Shown piece after piece: positions 56,601-64,000 of a stretch of DNA of 64,000 nucleotides. The DNA is from Eledone cirrhosa (lineage: Eukaryota), in assembly GCA_964016885.1 (NCBI GenBank), contig OZ024743.1:316820001-316884000 (forward strand), in the 5' to 3' direction. Position 1 is the stretch's first letter; the number at the start of each line of letters is the position of its first letter. The notes under the pieces were generated by a model. The model was not told where the DNA came from. It made no database searches and was given only the letters and a program-made list of their open reading frames with translations. A program made the position numbers and the translations under genes.

Positions 56601-59600
56601 AATCCAAAGAATGTGAAGGTGTAATCTTAACATATATATATATGAATGATATCAATAGGTCACAGCTAAACAGTAGAGTAAGGGAAATGACATTTCTGAA
56701 ACAGACAAGACTTATTACTGAAAGATTTACAAGCTAATTAGAGCCATTATATGGTCGCTATGTCTGCTAGAAATAGCAGCCAAATTCCCTCAAATTGCAC
56801 TACCATCTTAATGAAATAAACAATACATTGAATAATGTAGTTATAGATATATAAAAAGATGAGGTGGTCATGATTGGAATGCTTTTGATTATAGGTCTGT
56901 TCAATCAGGACTGACCAGTTCCTAAACAGCTGAAAGATTTGACAAAACAGCCAATTCTCTTTCAAATTACATCTTACTTTCTTAAAAAAGGACACATAGA
57001 ATAATGTCGTCCTAGGTGGACCATACTTGAAAAAATAAAAACTGGATGGTCATAGAGGGAACATATTTGATAGGCAGTGTCTTTCATTAGAAATATGGTA
57101 ATGAAAAGGTTGACATTGAGAACACTCTCAGTGGTTTATAATCTTATAAGTTATAGATTAAAAATTCTAAGAAAAAAAACAGATGAGTGCAGATTCACAG
57201 ACATTGATGGACAAGGGTGGGAGAAAATAGGGTGAGAAAAATTTGTGTTTGAAAGTTGATAAAGGGTTGGGAGGACCCTTCAGTCATGTCAAGGACATGA
57301 CAGCCTCCCTAGTGTAGGTAATCTACACAATATACGCACCCAGTACATGTTGTAAAGTGGTTGGTGATAGGAAGTTCATCCAGCCAAACAAAGGGTTGGG
57401 AGGACCCTTCAGTTGTGTCAAAGACATGACAACCCCCTCTTGTGCTCATGGTAGAATGTGAGACCATACATAAATGAGATAACAGATCCCTGGCCTGTGT
57501 GGGAGACCAGTAGCCCCACTTCAGTACTGACTTGGTCTATGTAGACCCATTCAACCCTTGCTAGCAGGGAAAGTGAATGTTAAAACGATGATAATGATAA
57601 TTTTCATTACTTAAATTTGAATCAGACTTAGTATAATAATAGTGAAATTGTGTACAGTGCTCAGGTGCACTGCAATTCAACAAATGTACATGTATAGTAC
57701 ATAGAATAATGTACAAATGGTATGGCATCCAGGATTCCAGAAGTTACTTGGTCTCTGTCAGTTCCAATAATGAGTGAACCTGTTTGATCAATGGGAAAAC
57801 CTGTTTGTGAAATTAACATGCAAATGACTGAGCATTCCACAAACACATGCTCCCTTAATGTAATTCTCAGGGAAATTCAGCATGTCACAATGTGTGACAA
57901 AGCTGGCCCTTATATACAACCCCTTTCTTTTCAGCTGAATGAACTGGAGCAAAATGAAATAAAATGTTTTGCTCAAGGATACAACCCATTGCCGAGAAAT
58001 AAACTTGTGACCTTTCAATCATGAGCTGAACACTAACCTCTAAGCCACACACCTTCACATGATTCTAAATACATGATCAGAAAAGAGAGGTGGCACGTAT
58101 CACTTAACAATAATTGCTGAGTTGTATTCTTGGCCTTGATTTAACATTTTTGATAGCAACTCGTTTGAAACTGCTTCTGGTTCTCGAACACAAATAGGCT
58201 TATTTTAAAGTGTTTACATTTATCTAAAAATCTTCCATCATAATTTTATGTAAGAACCTTTAAGTTATATTCCAAACACTAGTTTCAAATTGAGAAAATT
58301 GATTATAGCACTAAATCCCTCAAAATAATTTGAAACTGATAGGCAGTTTATTTTATTAGAAACATGGTAATGAAAAGAGAAGAACTTATATTATAAACAT
58401 AAAAAAAATAAGAAAAGAAATGAGATACATAAAAAGATTTATATAGATTGAGATCTTGTAATTTAGTTGGAGCAGTTTTGTGGAGCTATATAAAAACTTA
58501 TTGACTAAACTAGGAGTGGGGTACTGCTGACCTTAAGGTAGCATGTGACCTTTCTGACAAAAAGCACAATGTTTGAATAATTATATTTGGTAAAATACCT
58601 AAAGTTTAGCAATACAATATTTCTTTCAAAATGAGATCTCGTTGGATGTCAGTTAATTTTGATGAAGCAACCCTATTTAAAAAGTTTCTCCATCTCCGAA
58701 CTAAACTGTGTTACAACACACTGCCTGGTTCAGGAATAGAAATCATGACATTATCATCTCGAGTCTAACACTCTCACCATGCAACCTCACAATCATTAGC
58801 TTATAATATACATTATTCGTATAGATTATTGTTGGACCTATGACAGTTCCAATGACAAGTGTTCCAGTTGTTCAATCAATGGAACAGCCTGCACATGAAA
58901 TTAACATACAAGTGACTGAGCATTCAAGACATGTATTTTTAATGTAGTTCTCAGGGAAATTCAGCATAACTATGTGACAAGACCGACCTTTTAAATTATA
59001 GGTACAACTCATTTTACCCAGCTGAATTCACTGGAACAATATCTTGCTCAAGGTATAACAAGCCTGGAGCAGCATGAAATAAAGTGTCTTGCTCAAGGAT
59101 ATAACAGGCCATGGGGAATGAAACTCATTGCCATACAATTGTGAGCTCAACACTCTAAACACTAAACCACATGCCTTCATCATCATCATCATGTGCATAT
59201 AGAAATATCAGTGCTGAACTTAACCTTGAAGCTAAATAATTCTATAACTTAGGGCCACACACCCACAGGGGCCTCATATATTAAAATATTTTTTTTATTT
59301 TTCTATGCAGCAAATGGGATAAATCAATTTGTTAAAAGGAACATTTTATAATAATCATGTATAATTATTTAAACATTTTTTTTTAACCCAATTTTTTTTA
59401 GAGCAGTGCCTCAAATCTCATATAGCCTACTTAGGGTCTCAGCAAGTGAAAGTCTGGCCCTGACAAATATAGTAATTATTCAGAGTCCCTTGTTGCAGAA
59501 GAGAACCAGTCAGATCACATGCAACCTATTGACTCTGCAAATTTTTATGAAGTTTATTAAAATATGTATTCAGATGTTTTGGCAGTTTCAAACACTAAGT

Positions 59601-59813
59601 ATACAATTCCTTAGTTTGTGGAGAATGATGTGGAGAAAGATGGGTCATGTTGGTTTTTAAATGATTCTTTACAAATAAGCTAAGACACAAATGCCATGTA
59701 TCAATGATTAAGTTTTATGGATGTTGATAGGGCAAAATTATCATGAGTGTCATGATGATGATGATAATATATTCAGTTAATGATGTATAGATAAGAAGCT
59801 TGTGTATTTGTAT

Positions 59814-60007
59814 TTAAGTAAAAATCAGTTGATTGATAAGGTTTGCTACAACACAGCCAAAGGTACTCATCACAGTTGGTAACTCTTGTCCTTCCATCCA
59901 CACCTCTTGGCCATCATTTTCCTCTTGTAACCAGCAAAGTCCAGCCATCCAACTCTTGTCATCTTCACCACCCACAGTTAACACTTTACCATCATAGCTG
60001 ACACATC
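59814..60007 (-). CDS. Kelch gene terminal exon (CVSYDGKVLTVGGEDDKSW...STFGCVVANLINQLIFT*)
   Basis: Acceptor tccttcag. Last blade with VGG, TAA stop at 59814-59816. Confidence 0.9.
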
Positions 60008-61511
60008 CTGAAGGAAGACAGAAAATATTTTAAATTAGAGTCAGTGTGGGGTTGGGGCTCCTTTGAAGTAACATTATTTGTGTAGGTATGTATGTTGCTA
60101 AGTGCTTAGGTTGTTTGGTTCACAATCATAAGGTTGTAAGCTTGATTGCTGCCCATAATAGGTGTCATGTGTCCTTAAGCAAGACACTTTATTTCATGTT
60201 GCTCCAGTGGTCTGAAGACATTCCTTTCTAGAATATTAACAATATTGAAAGCTCTAGTAACAGAACAAAATCTGTTAATGCCACCTCACATTTCTCCACA
60301 CCAGGATGAAACAGCTGTCTTCTATATGTAATAAAATCTGTTGTTGAAGCCACCTTTCGTCTTTCCACACCAGAATGAGACAGCCATCCTTTATATGCAA
60401 CAAAATCTTCAACACAGCTATTAAGAGGGGCGGGGGAAGATTCCATCCCAGACAGCATTCATTGTTGTTGTTGTACCTCTGTTGATGTTCCACATTGCAA
60501 CTTTGTACTTATGTCAGTAATTCTAAGATTTAGCTTTAATGTATTCTGTAAAATGCTTAGAGATATGAAAGGCATCCAGCCATAGAAAACTTGCCAAACA
60601 AAGGATCGATCGCTGTGTCAAACATAATAACTTCCCTAGGGTTGGTGCCATGATAAAATGCACATGGTAGAATGTCAGATAGTATGACAGAACCCCTAGC
60701 CCACTTGAAAGTCAGTGGCTTTGATAGAGTAATGACCTGTCTGTGATAATACATCCAATCCTTGCTTGCAGGGAACAATGGACATTAAATGCTGATGATG
60801 ATGATGACGTAAATTTATAAATATATCTACTGAGAAGCTTCAGTGTCACAATGGAACATTCTCTGTACCCCCCCCCCACCCACCTTTGTAAATTAGTGGA
60901 AGAACTGACAGACAACCTTGTACAGCAAGCTCTCTGGACATGCCATGTACCTGACAATCTTTCTAGTGTTGATGCAGCGATAGATAAAATGTACCCTGTA
61001 CACTGTAAATGTGGTAGTGCCATCATAAAATCATCCCATTACACTCTGTAAAGTGGTTGGCAAATGAACAAAGACAATATAGGGTAAAAGGGACCCTTCA
61101 GTCAGGCTGAGCATATGGCAACCTCTTTAGTGTTGGCGCCATGATTAAATGTACCCAGTACATACTGTAAATTGATAGTGTTGGTGCCATTATAAAATGC
61201 ACCTAGAACTTACTGTTAATTGGTAGTGCTGGTGCCATGATAAAATGTACTCAGTACACATTGTAAAGTGGTTGGCGTTAGGAAGGGTATCCAGCTATAG
61301 AAACCATATGAGATCCCTCCACCCTAATTATTCTTAGACTGTGATACCCCCCTCCCCAACACATGTCAGTATAGAAACTGGGCGAAAAATAGTGGGGAAC
61401 ATCTATTTTTCATATGAAATAACTAGAGAAGATATAAGACCAAATATTCTCCTTATATTCTTGTCCCCGACACCTCTTCATCTTCTAATAAATACTACAA
61501 CTTATACATAC

Positions 61512-61649
61512 CAGCTCCACATAATGCATTTGGTAATTCTGGTCCCATTGACCAGGATTCTGTCTCTGGATCAAAGATTTCCACAGAACTAACACAATGT
61601 TCTGGAATAAATTCTCGCCGCCACTTTTCACTAACAGCAGCATTGCCTC
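61512..61649 (-). CDS. Kelch gene exon (GNAAVSEKWRREFIPEHCVSSVEIFDPETESWSMGPELPNALCGA)
   Basis: Acceptor tgtcaacag and donor G|gtatgt. Kelch motif SSVEIFDP..W..GPELP. Confidence 0.92.
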
Positions 61650-61659
61650 CTGTTGACAG

Positions 61660-62010
61660 AAACAACACATACATTCATATTAAATATTTCAGCAATACAC
61701 ACACACATACATTCAATACATACACACATACATTCAATTCCATAACATATACACATTAAATACCACAGCAACATACACATTCAATTCTACAACACACACA
61801 GATTCAATTTTACAGTAACATACATACATTCATTTCTATAGCACACACATACATTCAATTCCATAACATATACACATTAAATAATATAGCAACACACACA
61901 CACATATATTCAACTCTACAACACATACACACATTCAATATTACAGCAATATACATACATTCAATATTACAACACACACACACACACATTGAATTCTGCA
62001 ACACACATAT
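61660..62010. repeat. Degenerate CA-rich compound repeat (ACACACATACATTCAA...)
   Basis: Read directly; it fills most of a kelch intron. Confidence 0.8.
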
Positions 62011-62102
62011 TGGGGCCAAACTCTCCTTCATGAAAACTTAACAAAAAATCAAAGATATTCTGAGTTGTAAAAGTAAATCAATAACCAATGATTATAACTC
62101 AC

Positions 62103-62203
62103 CTATAACATAAATTTTATCCTTATGTACAACACTTCCACAGAGTGCTCGTGGACTGGTCATAGATGGTAGTTCCCTCCAAACATTGGACTTGGGGCAA
62201 TAT
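62103..62203 (-). CDS. Kelch gene exon (YCPKSNVWRELPSMTSPRALCGSVVHKDKIYVI)
   Basis: Acceptor ctctttcag and donor G|gtgagt. In frame with both neighbours and matches the kelch consensus. Confidence 0.92.
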
Positions 62204-62252
62204 CTGAAAGAGAACATAAACAGAATAATAATGTTGTTGCTTTATTCTAAGA

Positions 62253-62300
62253 CTAGCAGTAATACCCAGCATTGCCTGGGTGCCAAATATGTAGTGATGT
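62253..62300 (-). mobile_element. Helitron 3' terminus of the same family as the end at 40573-40601
   Basis: The minus strand reads ACCCAGGCAATGCTGGGT...TGCTAG|T. The 5' end is unclear, possibly ~62490. Confidence 0.7.
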
Positions 62301-62411
62301 CTTTTTTTAAAACTTAAATGACTTAACATATAGATAGCTTTTCTGAAGGTTTTTACATACATACTGATTAACAGACGTACTCTTAGTTTCAGTGCCACAT
62401 GCATACCTTTC

Positions 62412-62412
<1 letters not shown>

Positions 62413-62442
<30 letters not shown>

Positions 62443-62452
62443 CATACATACA

Positions 62453-62482
<30 letters not shown>
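62413..62482. repeat. (TACA)n microsatellite
   Basis: About 17 perfect copies; it accounts for the MYVC-repeat ORF. Confidence 0.95.
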
Positions 62483-62484
<2 letters not shown>

Positions 62485-62520
62485 GAGAGAGAGAGAGCAT
62501 AGTGTGTGTGTACAGTATAG

Positions 62521-62900
62521 ATAATATAATTGACTATACATTACTAGTGAGGCAATAATGTTACTATAATAGACTATACCTTACTAGTGAGGCACTAGTG
62601 TCAATATAACTGACTGTACCTTACTAGTGAAGCACTAGAGTCAATATTGACTGTACATTACTAATGAGGCACTTGTGTTGATATAATAGACTATACCTTA
62701 TTATTGAGGTACTGTACTAGTGTTGATATAATAGACTATACTTTACTAGTGAGGTACTAATGTTGATATAATAGACTATACTTTACTAGTGAGGCACTAG
62801 TGTTGCTATAATCGACTATACCTTACTAATGAGGCACTAGTATCAATATGATAGACTATAACTTACTAATGAGACACTGATGTCAATATGATAGACTGTC
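62521..62900. repeat. 40-bp minisatellite TTACTAGTGAGGCACTAGTGTTGATATAATAGACTATACC, about 9.5 copies
   Basis: Units start at 62541, 62581, 62621 and onward; located in a kelch intron. Confidence 0.9.
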
Positions 62901-63002
62901 CCTTCTCCCAAAATTGCTGGCCTTTTGCCAAAATTAAGAAGAATTAAGATTTATTAGAAATAAGAAAGCACATTTCTAGAATAGTTCATCATAGATTCTT
63001 AC

Positions 63003-63200
63003 TTGTAAGCTTTGTCACTGATTTTATTATTGTTTTCACCACCAAATACATACAAATTGCCACGAAAAGCAACAGATGCAAGACAGCGAAGAGGTTGTGG
63101 AAGACTTGCTACAGATATCCATTCATTGGCCAGGAAATTATACTGCTCCACACTGCTGAGAACTTCGGCTCCATCTTGTCCACCAATAGCATACATGTAG
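63003..63200 (-). CDS. Kelch-repeat (KLHL-like) gene exon (YMYAIGGQDGAEVLSSVEQY...LYVFGGENNNKISDKAY)
   Basis: Two kelch blades (hydrophobic-GG, Y, W). Acceptor ttgtttttag and donor AA|gtaaga. Confidence 0.93.
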
Positions 63201-63264
63201 CTAAAAACAAACATCAATTTAGAAAATTTACCATAGGAGATATATGTATTTCAAAGAAAGATGA

Positions 63265-63760
63265 AAGTGCCATGGTAAAATACATCAAGTGCACCATGTA
63301 AAGTGGTAGTGCTGGTGCCATGATAAAATACACCCAGTACACTCTGTAAAGTGATAGCACTGGTGCCATGATAACATACACCCAGTACACCCTGTAAAGT
63401 GGTAGTGCTGGTGCCATGATAAAATCCACCCAGTACACTCTGTAAAGTGTTAGTGCTGGTGCCATGATAAAATTTACCCAGTACACTCTGTAAAGTGGTA
63501 GTGCTGGTGCCATGATAAAATACACCCAGAACACACCGTAAAGTGTTAGTGCTGGTGCCATGATAAAATACATCAAGTACACCATGTAAAGTGGTAGTGC
63601 TGGTGCCATGATAAAATACACCCAGTACACTCTGTAAAGTGTTAGTGCTGGTGCCATGATAAAATACACCCAGTACACTCTGTAAAGTGTTAGTGCTGGT
63701 GCCATGATAAAATGCACCCAGTATACTTTGTAAAGTGGTAGTGCTGGTGCTATGATAAAA
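63265..63760. repeat. 48-bp minisatellite GTGCTGGTGCCATGATAAAATACACCCAGTACACTCTGTAAAGTGGTA, about 10 copies, derived from the RTE/SINE 3' tail
   Basis: Followed by the rest of the tail (AGGAATGGCATCCAGCTGTAGAAA...ACCCATGCCA). It accounts for the 167-aa repetitive ORF. Confidence 0.92.
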
Positions 63761-64000
63761 TTGATGATGTCAGGAATGGCATCCAGCTGTAGAAATTATG
63801 CCAAAAATGGAAGATACATGCGAGACAAGGTACTCCAACCTGTCTAGTTTTGTAGTGTAATGACCTGTCCAACCCATGCCAATATGAAAAAAAAAAAAAA
63901 AAAAAAAATTTGATGAGATGGTCAGCAACAAGGAAGCATCTATGCCATCACTTGACCTGCTAAATATAACAACCAAGTCTTCCTCAAATCACACTATACT

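Noticed and set aside
63214-63717. 167-aa hydrophobic repeat ORF (MAPALTLYRVYWVYFI)n
   Set aside because: It is a by-product of a 48-bp retroposon-derived minisatellite inside a kelch intron.

Overview
This is AT-rich eukaryotic DNA. The repeat content suggests a coleoid cephalopod such as Octopus, which is an inference from the RTE, SINE and Helitron motifs. Bases 1-~28,700 are one uninterrupted 47-bp satellite of about 610 monomers, open at the left edge. Rare variants in it reveal nested large duplications with offsets of 4,465, 2,678, 2,209/1,880 and 19,926 bp. From 30,280 to 50,654 I can splice nine short + strand exons, none called as a gene by the ORF track, into one open frame. It encodes TM3-TM7 and the C-terminus of a TMEM116 / cAMP-receptor-like 7TM protein (FLVCWGP, YILQAILVPSQG). 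I found no TM1-2 exons between the satellite and the first exon, so the satellite may be intronic. The last four exons of a kelch-repeat gene lie on the - strand (63,200-59,814), convergent with it. The introns and intergenic DNA hold a Helitron with both ends intact but an internal deletion, a nested Helitron/RTE cluster, mariner-type MITEs, CR1/L2 and RTE fragments, SINEs and minisatellites. One minisatellite, a 48-bp unit from the RTE 3' tail, resembles the giant satellite monomer. I found no prokaryote-type system such as CRISPR.
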